From Alphaproteobacteria bacterium (GTDB taxonomy: Bacteria > Pseudomonadota > Alphaproteobacteria > SP197): 64,000 nucleotides of DNA. The stretch covers positions 1,312,001-1,376,000 of the forward strand of contig OZ219747.1 in the NCBI GenBank assembly GCA_964291265.2, in the 5' to 3' direction. Under the pieces are notes generated by a model that did not search any database, was not told the DNA's origin, and worked only from the letters and a program-made list of their open reading frames with translations. The position numbers and the translations under genes are program-made. Below, piece after piece: positions 50,763 through 60,979 of the stretch (position 1 is its first letter; every line of letters starts with the position of its first letter).

Positions 50763-51627
50763 CATGTCAAGGCTCATGTCCGGCGGATTGACCGTGGGCG
50801 TTGGCGCCGTGGTTGTCAGTGTTCGTCGGCGCCTGGGGAGATCATCGCGCCGCCACCTTTGCGCTTGTTTGCGAATACCCCCTTTGGCAACAGTGTCTGG
50901 GCATGCGTGCTCTATGAGCGCTTCGCCTGCTTGCGTCCCCTGCGCCGGGTCTCGCGATGGCTCAAGGACCAGGGACTGCCGATGGCGCCGGGAACGATCG
51001 CTGGCGGCATGAAGAAGATGACGCCGATGTTCGCGCCTCTCGCGCAGGCCATCCTCGATCATCAGAACCGGCTGACGGTGCGCCACGGCGACGAGACCAG
51101 CTGGCGCATCCAGTCCCTCAAGGCCTCGGGGCGCTCGCAGAAGGCCTGGCTGTGGACCGCGGTCAGCGCCGACTCCGTCTTCTTCCTCATCGATCCGTCA
51201 CGCAGCGCCCGGGTGGCCATGGTGCTGTTCGCCTCCACCAAAGGTGTCGTCTTCCTTGTCGTCGATCGTCACGCGGCCTACAAGAAACTGGAGCGCGTGC
51301 TCGATGGCAAGGTGATCCTCTGCTTTTGCTGGGTGCACTCCAGGCGCGATGTGATCGAGGCTGCGGCAGGCCAGGAGGGGCTGGAAGAGTGGTGCGACAG
51401 GTGGCTCGACAGGGTCGCGCTGATCTTCACACTGAATGGGCAACGGCTGAAGCACTACGATCCCGCACGGAAGCGTCAGTCAGCGAGGTTCAATGCCCTG
51501 CAGAAGGACCTTCGTGCGGCTGTCGAGGCGCTGTTCAGGCAGGCTCAGGAGGAACTCGACGCCTTGCCCGAGGGTGCACGCGAAGCGAAGCCCTTGCGCT
51601 CCCTGATCCGTCACCGCGAGGGACTAT

Positions 51628-53410
51628 CCCGGTTCCGTCACCAAGGGGAATGATGGCGGCATGATGGCGTAATCTTCAGCCTCGGGCGCAGACAAGGTTC
51701 ACTTTGATTGCGCTGTTGGCGGAATCGTGTCGCATTTGGGATAGTTTTTCGGCTCATATTGGCAGGCCAAGGGAGCCGAAGGCCGTTTTTGGCGTTCGTG
51801 TCTATGCCGGGACATGCGCCAGGCACACCCCTGGCGACGCCTTCGGGAGACGCTGTGATCAGACTGTGATGGGATGCAGCACAAGCTATCCCGGCGGCGG
51901 CGCCTGGGCCGCGGCACGCAGGTTGACGAGAGTGCGGGCGAACACCTCCTGCAAGGGGAAGATCGAGGCAAAGGAGAGGCGAAGCCGGCGCACCGTCTTC
52001 GTCACCCTGCCGGCAAGCTTGAACAACCGGGAGCGTATGGTGTCGACGCGCCAGCGGGCACACTCGGTGCCGTGCAGGCCGACACGGCGCACGATGTCGA
52101 CGATGGCGCCGGCAAAGGCCGAGAAGTCCATGCGCAGCTGGTTGGCCCGCATGACATGGCACGACGTGCGATCGGAGAACAGCCACAACTGCTGATCCTT
52201 GATCCGGTTCTCCATGTCTCCCCGAGCACAGTACCTCTGCTCATAGAGTTCCCGAGCGCCGACCTCCTTCCTGGAGATGCTCGTCACAATGTAACGAGCG
52301 TTCTTGCCGCGCGGTCCCGGTAGCCATTCCGCCTTGGCCACCACTCGCCGCTCGCGGGACCATGACTTCTGCGTGCGATACCGCAGATCCCGATACCGTC
52401 TGGATGGCTTGCCGAACACCAGACAACGCCGCCTCGACTTGTTGAGTGCCTTCGTGACCATGCTGTTCAAGCGAGGATTCTGACCATATCCAAAGACATA
52501 GTCGACACCATGGTCCTCGCACCAGACCATGATGTCGTCCGTGCCGAAGTCGGCATCCCCCCGCACCACGATCCGTGTCCGGGGCCACGTGCCGCGGATC
52601 TGCTCAACGATCCGTGACAGCTCATCCACCGAGCCATCCGCCGCGCCATGGTCGGCCGTCCGCAACCGGCAGCGCAGGATGTGCTCGCCGCAGACGACGA
52701 ACAGCGGCAGGAAGCCATGGTGGTCGTCATAGCCGTGGAAGTACTTGCCCTCCTGGTCGCCATGCACCGGATCGTCGGTGGCATCAAGATCCAGAACAAT
52801 CTCCTTGGGCGGTTCCGCATGGCTCTCCAGAAACAGGTCCACAAGAAGACAGTCCAGTGCTTCGTGATCGGCCACGATCTTCTTGTAGCGGTCCAGGCTC
52901 GCCTCATGCGGATCGCCGAGTTCCAGGCGGTTCAGCGTGCTCGAGGCCGCCAGCACATGTCCACGGTCCCGCTCGCGAACCCGTCTCGCTCCCTCCACAT
53001 CGTCGATCCCGCAAGCCAGGGCCAGAGCAGGGTCGTCACGCAGACGGTCATGATCGTTGAGATCCTCGTAACCCAGAGCCAAAGCGATGATGCGCTGCGC
53101 CACCAGTGTCGTCACATCGTGTTCAATGCGACTGGGATCACGATAATCAACAAAAGCGCCAGCAACACGCTCCGTCACGTTGAAAAGCCTGTCTGCTTCC
53201 CGCAACAGAAGCGCACCACCGTCGGAGGTCATGCGGCCACCATCGAAATTGGCCACAATCTGCCGCCGTCCGAGACCTTCAAACTCAAGTTGTTGTGCTG
53301 GACACTGTGTCGCCATGTGGATGGGCTCCTTGGTGCATGTAACTCATTGGTCTTGTTCATATATCACAAACCCCATCCCCATCAATAGGAAACTTGGTGA
53401 CAAATCCGGG
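51628..53410 (-). mobile_element. IS1380-family element, copy 2 (1783 bp)
   Basis: Same IRs as copy 1, but the flanks CTAT and TTAG do not match. Confidence 0.92.
51886..53316 (-). CDS. IS1380 transposase
   Basis: Near-identical to 21560-22990. Confidence 0.95.
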   Translation of the reverse strand: MATQCPAQQLEFEGLGRRQIVANFDGGRMTSDGGALLLREADRLFNVTERVAGAFVDYRDPSRIEHDVTTLVAQRIIALALGYEDLNDHDRLRDDPALALACGIDDVEGARRVRERDRGHVLAASSTLNRLELGDPHEASLDRYKKIVADHEALDCLLVDLFLESHAEPPKEIVLDLDATDDPVHGDQEGKYFHGYDDHHGFLPLFVVCGEHILRCRLRTADHGAADGSVDELSRIVEQIRGTWPRTRIVVRGDADFGTDDIMVWCEDHGVDYVFGYGQNPRLNSMVTKALNKSRRRCLVFGKPSRRYRDLRYRTQKSWSRERRVVAKAEWLPGPRGKNARYIVTSISRKEVGARELYEQRYCARGDMENRIKDQQLWLFSDRTSCHVMRANQLRMDFSAFAGAIVDIVRRVGLHGTECARWRVDTIRSRLFKLAGRVTKTVRRLRLSFASIFPLQEVFARTLVNLRAAAQAPPPG

Positions 53411-53755
53411 TTAGGGTGTCGGCGCCGAAGGCATGAGGCCTTGGTGCAGGAAGGTCGATGTCGAGCGACGCAGCAAGATCAGGCAGCCCCGCGCGTGCCG
53501 AGGCAAGGCACAGCTCTCCCTTCGCGTTGCGCCACTCCTCGCGCTCAGCACAATCCCCGCGCCAGGGACGAGCGTGTGCTGCCCTCGGCAGCCGACGCCG
53601 CCTTCAGCCAGTCAACCGTCGTCGCAGATGTCGAAAGCCGATCCTCATGGACCACTATGTAAGGCCTCATGAACGGCGAGTTAAACACGGCGTTTGACAG
53701 GCCAAGGGGAGTGTGGTTATGGCCGAATCGGATATCCTGTCAGCGGGCGTGGACA

Positions 53756-54121
53756 ATGCAGGAGCGTGAAGGTTTGCCGTCCGGTATGACGCGGGTTGAC
53801 GATGCGCTGCTGCGGCGGATGACGGTGGCTATCGTCGAGGCGGCCGATCCCGAACAGGTGATCCTTTTCGGCTCCCGCGCCCGCGGTGACGCCGGGGCGG
53901 ACTCGGACGTCGATCTGGTGGTCGTCGAGGCGGAGCCGTTCGGGCCGGGCAGGGACCGTGGGGCCGAAGAGACGCGCCTCTGGCGCGCACTCGCGAAATT
54001 CCATGTTCCGAAGGATATCCTAGTCTACAGCTTGGACGAGGCCGACCGCTGGCGCGGCTCCCTCAATCATGTGCTCGCGCGCGCGTTGCGCGAAGGCAAG
54101 GTGCTCTATGAGCGACCTTGA
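53756..54121 (+). CDS. Minimal nucleotidyltransferase (MNT) antitoxin
   Basis: LFGSRARGD...DSDVDL and REGKVLYE motifs. The start is uncertain (53756 or 53786). Confidence 0.88.
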   Translation: MQEREGLPSGMTRVDDALLRRMTVAIVEAADPEQVILFGSRARGDAGADSDVDLVVVEAEPFGPGRDRGAEETRLWRALAKFHVPKDILVYSLDEADRWRGSLNHVLARALREGKVLYERP

Positions 54122-54506
54122 GCAGGCGCAGGAGCTGTTCCGCGCGGCTGAGAGAGACATTTCGGCGCTTCGCGGCATGGGCGATGCAGCCGTCTTCGCC
54201 GACGAGATTTTCGGCTTCCATGTCCAACAGGCGGCGGAGAAGCTGTTCAAGGCATGGCTCGCCTCGAAGGGCGAAACCTACCCGCTGTCGCACGATCTGG
54301 CGGCTTTGCTGGACATGCTGAGCGCCGACGGAGCGGAGGTCGCCCGTTTCGACGGGTTGGTGGACTACACCCGCTACGCCGTTCGCCTGCGTTACGCGGA
54401 CGCCGACCCGGGCACGTGCCCGCTTGACCGGCTTGGAGCAGTCGAACGGGTGGAAGCGTTAATGGTGGCCGTCCGGCACCGATTGGCGGAAACGGAAGCA
54501 GGCTGA
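54108..54506 (+). CDS. HEPN domain protein paired with MNT
   Basis: FHVQQAAEKLFKA, SHDL and YAVRLRY motifs; overlaps the MNT gene. Confidence 0.88.
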   Translation: MSDLEQAQELFRAAERDISALRGMGDAAVFADEIFGFHVQQAAEKLFKAWLASKGETYPLSHDLAALLDMLSADGAEVARFDGLVDYTRYAVRLRYADADPGTCPLDRLGAVERVEALMVAVRHRLAETEAG

Positions 54507-54508
54507 CG

Positions 54509-54525
54509 GTAAGCGTTCGGTCACG
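54509..54525 (+). mobile_element. IS66-type terminal repeat split by the outer intron (continues at 56301)
   Basis: Rejoining the exons gives GTAAGCGTTCGGTCACG|CGGTGAT, compared with GTAAGCGTTCGGCCGTGCGGTGAT at 48422. Confidence 0.75.
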
Positions 54526-56300
54526 GTGCAGCGAGTCTAGCTGCTGTACTTGCGGGTGTGAGCCCCGCCGGCGCAATTCTCAGTTTGGCGCCGTAGCATA
54601 TCCCACTGGTTCAGGGGTGACCCTGGACCAGCGAGCTGGGATGTAGAAGCCGTTGTGGGCTGGTTGGAACGCAGTGTCCAGCCGGTTCGGTCAGCCAGGA
54701 CGGCGAGCAAACCGGAGGGCCGCAGCGAAAGCGAACGATTGTATGAAGCCACGAAATGACGCTCCCACATGAAGCTGATTTGTGGGGTAAACGGGAATGC
54801 CAAAGGCTTCGTGACTGCCCGATGGCCAGAGTCGATGCGGAAGAACTGAGGTGCACGCATTGGGTTCCCCGGGGTAGAGACGACGGCAATCCGGGACAGT
54901 ACAGCAGTGAAAGATCGGAAGGTCAGGAGGACAGACAGGATGAAGTGACCCTTGAATGTCAAGGACCGCGTCTATAACCAGGATTGGGAAAGGACGCGGA
55001 GTCCTCCTGACTGGCGGATGAGGTCGAGTAAGCGTTGACGGGCGGGACAACACAACCCGTCCCGAGCGAGGACCTCAGGGCTCAGGTGGCCTATGCGGCA
55101 GGTCAAGTCGGTACTCAGAGACCGGCACCGACCGACAGACTGCAAGGTCGAAGGACGGAGCAAACGCTCGGAGATGCCGTGGGTATGGATGGGTCAGCCT
55201 TGACCATGGCGTGTCCGGCGGAAGGCTCCGCACCGAACTCCAAGTGGGTGCCTGATGCTTGAAGCCGTACCCGGGAAAACCGGACGTACGGAATTTTAGG
55301 GGGGCGTGCAGCGAGTCTAGCTGCTGTACTTGCGGGTGAAAGTCCCGCCGGCGCAATTCCCAGTTTGGCGCCGTAGCATATCCCACTGGTACAGGGGTGA
55401 CCCTGGGCCAGCGAGCTGGGATGTAGAAGCCGCTGTGGGCTGGCTGGAACGCAGTGTCCAGTTGGTCTGGTCAGCCAGGGCGGCGAGCGAACCGGAGGGC
55501 CGTAGCGAAAGCGAACGATTGTACGAAGCCTCGAAAATGAAATTTCCCACATGAAGCTGACTTGTGGGGTGTTGGGAACGCCAAGGGCCTGCCCCCAGCT
55601 TGGTGGCCAGAGTCGATGCGGAAGAACTGGGGAGCACGCATCGGGTTCCCCGTGGTAGAGACGACGGCAATCCGGGACAGTACAGCAGTGAAAGGCCGGA
55701 AGGTGAGGAGGACAGACAGGATGAAGTGACCCTTGAATGTCAAGGACCGCGTCTATAACCAGGACTGGGAAAGGACGCGGAGTCCTCCTGACTGGCGGAT
55801 GAGGTCGAGTAAGCGTTGACGGGCGGGACAACACAACCCGTCCTGAGCGAGGACCTCAGGGCTCAGGTGGCTTATGCGGCAGGTCAAGTCGGTACTCAGA
55901 GACCGGCACCGACCGACAGACTGCAAGGTCGAAGGACGGAGCAAACGCTCGGAGATGCCGTGGGTATGGTCGGGTCAGCCTTGACCATGGCGTGTTCGGC
56001 GGAAGGCTCCGCACCGAACTCCAAGTGGGTGCCTGATGCTTGAAGCCGTACCCGGGAAAACCGGACGTACGGAATTTTAGGGAGGCTGCTGGAAACGTGG
56101 TCTATGGTAGTTCTGCGACCCCGCCCGCAATCGAAAGAGCGGTGCCGGACAAAGCCTCTGCCTACGGATGCGCGCGCCAGCGGCCTACCCGACTGCTGGA
56201 AACGTGGTCTATGGGAGAACTGCGACCCCGCCCGCAATCGAAAGAGCGGTGACGGACAAAGCCTCTGCCTACGGATGCGCGCGCCAGTGGCCTACCCGAC
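54526..56300 (+). ncRNA. ORF-less group II intron, outer (54526-55305 plus 56194-56300; 887 nt)
   Basis: GTGCA 5' end; DV GAAGCCGTACCCGGGAAAACCGGACGTACGGAATT; DVI ending CCTACCCGAC; EBS1 and EBS2 complementary to the 5' exon. Confidence 0.88.
55306..56193 (+). ncRNA. ORF-less group II intron, inner (888 nt, complete)
   Basis: Close paralog of the outer intron with intact DV (about 56042-56078) and DVI ending CCTACCCGAC; no RT ORF. Confidence 0.9.
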
Positions 56301-57058
56301 CGGTGATTGTTGGTGATATTCACCGGTTGAGGATGCGTTTCCAGTCCTTGCGCAGAGGCCTCAGCTAGATGTCTTTTTCGGCTTGTCGTGTTTCTTGTGC
56401 GCATCGTAGCGGCCTCGTCCTTGGGTGGTTCCGACACGGATCCATCCTGACGCCTTGTAGACGGCTCCTGTGTAGCGCGGTATTCGGACGAAGGTTTCGA
56501 TAGGGGTGCGCGTATGGCATGACGGTTTCATTGGCACTACCCTTTGGGCGGGTCCCTCTCGTGGCGATCAGACGGCGAAGGGCAGTTGAGCAAGACCATC
56601 CCACGCTAGAATCCTTGAATGAAGCCAATAGTGCACAGATGAGCCAAGTTTTCATCATGGACATATTCAGGCGGCAAGGGTCTGTCCCTCCCGGAGTTTG
56701 CTGACCTCGTCATCGAGCGAGTGGAGGATGCGTCCGAGCTTGGATGGCACCTTGTCATCGAAGGCCGCCGCCAGGGCAGGGCTGAGTGTCCGCCGGTGGA
56801 TGCGGCACCAGGCAAGAGCGATCCTCTGCCCGGTTTGCGTCAGACGATAGCGATGGGATGACGGTATCCTCTCGATGAGGCCCCGCAGGCGCAGGCGCCG
56901 CAGGTCATAGGTGGCTTGACGTGAGCCATGGGTGTCGGTCGACAGGAGATCGGCAACGGCCTCTCTCATCTGGCGATTGTTGAAGCCCATGAGGAGGAAG
57001 ACATGCAGCAGGATGGCTGCGAGGACTGCCTGGATGCGTGGAGCACCGAAGCGCTTAG

Positions 57059-58841
57059 CCCGGTTCCGTCACCAAGGGGAATGATAGTGGCATGATGGCG
57101 TAATCTTCAGCCTCGGGCGCAGACAAGGTTCACTTTGATTGCGCTGTTGGCGGATTCATGTCGTATTTGGGATAGTTTTTCGGCTCATTTTGGCAAACCA
57201 AGGGGATCGAAGGCCGTTTTTGGCGTTCGTGTCTATGCCGGGACATGCGCCAGGCACACCCCTGGCGACGCCTTCGGGAGACGCTGTGATCAGACTGTGA
57301 TGGGATGCAGCACAAGCTATCCCGGCGGCGGCGCCTGGGCCGCGGCACGCAGGTTGACGAGAGTGCGGGCGAACACCTCCTGCAAGGGGAAGATCGAGGC
57401 AAAGGAGAGGCGAAGCCGGCGCACCGTCTTCGTCACCCTGCCGGCAAGCTTGAACAACCGGGAGCGTATGGTGTCGACGCGCCAGCGGGCACACTCGGTG
57501 CCGTGCAGGCCGACACGGCGCACGATGTCGACGAGGGCGCCGGCAAAGGCCGAGAAGTCCATGCGCAGCTGGTTGGCCCGCATGACATGGCACGACGTGC
57601 GATCGGAGAACAGCCACAACTGCTGATCCTTGATCCGGTTCTCCATGTCTCCCCGAGCACAGTACAACTGCTCATAGAGTTCCCGAGCGCCGACCTCCTT
57701 CCTGGAGATGCTCGTCACAATGTAACGAGCGTTCTTGCCGCGCGGTCCCGGTAGCCATTCCGCCTTGGCCACCACTCGCCGCTTGCGGGACCATGACTTC
57801 TGCGTGCGATACCGCAGATCCCGATACCGTCTGGATGGCTTGCCGGACACCAGACAACGCCGCCTCGACTTGTTGAGTGCCTTCGTGACCATGCTGTTCA
57901 AGCGAGGATTCTGACCATATCCAAAGACATAGTCGACACCATGGTCCTCGCACCAGACCATGATGTCGTCCGTGCCGAAGTCGGCATCCCCCCGCACCAC
58001 GATCCGTGTCCGGGGCCACGTGCCGCGGATCTGCTCAACGATCCGTGACAGCTCATCCACCGAGCCATCCGCCGCGCCATGGTCGGCCGTCCGCAACCGG
58101 CAGCGCAGGATGTGCTCGCCGCAGACGACGAAGAGCGGCAGGAAGCAATGGTGGTCGTAATAGCCGTGGAAGGACTTGCCCTCCTGGTCGCCATGCACCG
58201 GATCGTCGGTGGCATCAAGATCCAGAACAATCTCCTCGGGCGGTTCCGCATGGCTCTCCAGAAACAGGTCCACAAGAAGACAGTCCAGTGCTTCGTGATC
58301 GGCCACGATCTTCTTATAGCGGTCCAGGCTCGCCTCATTCGGATCGCCGAGTTCCAGGCGGTTCAGCGTGCTCGAGGCCGCCAGCACATGTCCACGGTCC
58401 CGCTCGCGAACCCGTCTCGCTCCCTCCACATCGTCGATCCCGCAAGCCAGAGCCAGAGCAGGGTCGTCACGCAGACGGTCATGATCGTTGAGATCCTCGT
58501 AACCCAGAGCCAAAGCGATGATGCGCTGCGCCACCAGTGTCGTCACATCGTGTTCAATGCGACTGGGATCACGATAATCGACAAAAGCGCCAGCGACACG
58601 CTCCGTCACGTTGAAAAGCCTGTCTGCTTCCCGCAACAGAAGCGCACCACCGTCGGAGGTCATGCGGCCACCATCGAAATTGGCCACAATCTGCCGCCGT
58701 CCGAGACCTTCAAACTCCAGTTGTTGTGCTGGACACTGTGTCGCCATGTGGATGGGCTCCTTGGTGCATGTAACTCATTGGTCTTATTCATATATCACAA
58801 ACCCCATCCTCATCAATAGAAAACTTGGTGACAAATCCGGG
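57059..58841 (-). mobile_element. IS1380-family element, copy 3 (1783 bp)
   Basis: Same IRs; TTAG on both flanks (57055-57058 and 58842-58845). Confidence 0.93.
57317..58747 (-). CDS. IS1380 transposase
   Basis: Near-identical to the other two copies. Confidence 0.95.
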   Translation of the reverse strand: MATQCPAQQLEFEGLGRRQIVANFDGGRMTSDGGALLLREADRLFNVTERVAGAFVDYRDPSRIEHDVTTLVAQRIIALALGYEDLNDHDRLRDDPALALACGIDDVEGARRVRERDRGHVLAASSTLNRLELGDPNEASLDRYKKIVADHEALDCLLVDLFLESHAEPPEEIVLDLDATDDPVHGDQEGKSFHGYYDHHCFLPLFVVCGEHILRCRLRTADHGAADGSVDELSRIVEQIRGTWPRTRIVVRGDADFGTDDIMVWCEDHGVDYVFGYGQNPRLNSMVTKALNKSRRRCLVSGKPSRRYRDLRYRTQKSWSRKRRVVAKAEWLPGPRGKNARYIVTSISRKEVGARELYEQLYCARGDMENRIKDQQLWLFSDRTSCHVMRANQLRMDFSAFAGALVDIVRRVGLHGTECARWRVDTIRSRLFKLAGRVTKTVRRLRLSFASIFPLQEVFARTLVNLRAAAQAPPPG

Positions 58842-60517
58842 TTAGGCGGATACCCGACGTTCGTCGACGACGACAGGTTGATGCAGGGCATCGAAGGTGG
58901 CTGCTCCGATCGGACAGTCGTGACTGATGCGTTGGACGTCGAGAAGACGTCGGGTGGCGTGGAAGCCGACCTCCTTGAGGTCATCGAGGTTGATCAGTCT
59001 GCGCTTGATGCCGAAGTCGTACGTGTTGTTGATCACCTTCTGCGTTCGCACACGGCCTTCCTTGAAGGACTGCTTGATACGCGAATGCTTGTAGTCCACA
59101 TGCAGCGACGGCTGCACGCCGTCGGTGATGACGCGGGTTCTGAACCGCGAGGTGGTCCGCCGTGTGATACGGCGGTTGAAGATCAACTGCACATGGTCGG
59201 GACGGCCGATGTCAAGGTTCTCGCGCATGATCTCCTCGAACAGGATCCGGCCGTGAAGAGGACGGTCAAACACCTGTGTGAGCGCACACTCCGCCTGGAG
59301 GATCGACAGGTCGTAGCGGATGCCCCTCATCGCGTCCTCGTCGGTGAAGGGATGGGGAAGCCGTGTCGTCCACTTGCGGAACAGCGCGTCGATCCGTGAG
59401 GCATCGATCTCCCCGGCCACGGCCTGCATGATCCGAGGATCGGCACAACTCAGGATGCCGTTGTCGAGAGCCTCGAAGGCCACCCCGCGCTCGCTCAGCT
59501 GACGCTTCAGGTATTCGTGACCATTGAGGCACAGCCTGGCGTTGTACGGGAAGTAGGAACAGAACTTGATGAAGCAGGGACCGAAGTCGTCGTCCACGAT
59601 GTAGATGTACCAGGCATTGACCATCGCCGTGCTGTGAACCAATTCGCAGGACGCCCTGCCCGTCGCCGGATCAACGCGCTTCTGCGTACGCAGGACACGG
59701 GCCTTCTCCTGGGCCTTGCCGACGTAAAGGACACCTTCACCGCCAGACCACAGGCGAAGATACTTCTGTGTCACATCGTCCTTGCGCTCCCCCTTCCTGA
59801 AGCTGACAAGGTCGACACCCTGGTCCCGGGCAAACCGCTCCAGGCGCGTCACAAACCGCCGCGTCATCGGCGCCATCAGAGCCGATGACGGAACAGGATT
59901 GTCCCGGACCTCCCGAAAGAACCAGGCCGCGCCACCACCCGTCTGCAGCATTGGCACATAGGCGTTGAGATACAGCCGGTCCAGACACTCAAGCTCCAGC
60001 GTCACGTGATTCTCAAGGACCTCGCCAACAGACCGTGCTATCGTCATCTTCTGGCCTCCGAACGATGGGTTCCCCACATGGTTATCATAACCAACCCAGC
60101 CCTCGGGCTGTATCAGGCGGATCACACCGCAGAGCGGAACAGCGGGCTCAAGTCCTCTTTCTCACGCGATGCCTCTCTTCGGTCCGAGGCATAGCCTCAT
60201 TAGGTCCGTGGACGCGGGGATGTGAACATCCGCGTCGGTCTGGCCCTTGCGGTCAGGATGGCCATGACACCTGCCCGGCGCGCACGGGCCGTGTCAGGCG
60301 TCATCGACGCTGAGCCTCACCGTGAGCCAGGCTTGACCCTTTTTTGTCACCGAACTCGCCAATCAATTGGTCCGGCTGCCTGCACAGTCGAGACCACGAT
60401 CGCCTTCACGAATGGTTCCTCACCCGTCTGGTTGCGCCGGGGAAGTCAAGGCCACGTCTTGCCTTCAAGGCCTGCATAAATTGCGCACCGCAGCGCTTAC
60501 GGTGGAGCCATGCCTTC

Positions 60518-60979
60518 TTACAGAGCAATCGCATCCCACAGACACCACGCAAGCAAGCCGAGGAACAGGACGCTGAACGAAACAGGCAAGAAAGTTTCCA
60601 CTGTGGTGAGTTTTGAGTAGAGCTTTAGATCCCTGCCCTCTCCCAACAACTGCCACTCACGCACGAAAGGTCGATAGGGAAGTTGCTCCTCAAGCTCGTG
60701 CAACATCTTGAACTTGCCGCTATTGAGCTGGCGGTAAGATCGGATAACCACACCCCAAGAAATCGCCACGATGCAACCTACAAGGATCAAAAGCAGCAAA
60801 ACTACAGTGCCGGCATCACCACCTACTCCGAACCGCGTTACCAAACCGGCGAGGACAAGAAGAGCGGAAAGGAGGCTGACATAAAGTTGGTTTGCTCTTT
60901 CTCGCCTCTGACTTACCCTGTCGGCAAGCTCAGCGTGAAGCTTGTATAATTCAATGATTATGAGTTTTTCACCAGCCAT
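60518..60979 (-). CDS. RipA-like small membrane protein (probable defence effector)
   Basis: YKL..E.ADRVSQRR..AN, two TM segments, SYRQLNSGKFK...ELE..LP, EW and a C-terminal TM; lower GC; GGAGG RBS. Confidence 0.75.
   Translation of the reverse strand: MAGEKLIIIELYKLHAELADRVSQRRERANQLYVSLLSALLVLAGLVTRFGVGGDAGTVVLLLLILVGCIVAISWGVVIRSYRQLNSGKFKMLHELEEQLPYRPFVREWQLLGEGRDLKLYSKLTTVETFLPVSFSVLFLGLLAWCLWDAIAL

Larger units (their letters stand above)
48422..51627 (+). mobile_element. IS66-family element, interrupted by ISKra4 and truncated by IS1380
   Basis: Left end GTAAGCGTTCGG at 48422, followed by tnpC-like coding sequence. Confidence 0.82.
48508..51627 (+). pseudogene. tnpC: IS66 transposase TnpC in two pieces (48508-49100 and 50771-51627)
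   Basis: Coiled coil, RFGSKSE and CPCCG zinc finger. The frame continues EVHVK|AHVRRI once ISKra4 and one TSD copy are removed, then HGDETSW and CWVHSRR. The C-terminal DNN..E region is missing. Confidence 0.88.
56667..60047 (-). pseudogene. Uncharacterised transposase-like protein of about 530 aa with a C-terminal winged helix, split by IS1380 copy 3
   Basis: N-part 60047-58846 (ECLDRLYLNAYVP, KFCSYFPY, LNGHEY); C-part 57054-56667 (RFGAPR, GFNN, TYDLRRLRLRGLIERIP..HRYRLT). The transposase role is an inference. Confidence 0.7.

Noticed and set aside
54526-56300. Simple tandem duplication, CRISPR-like array or coding repeats
   Set aside because: The breakpoints coincide exactly with intron ends (GTGCA...CCCGAC), and the EBS segments covary with the flanks. 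There is no repeat-spacer pattern. The short ORFs here are shadows of structured RNA.
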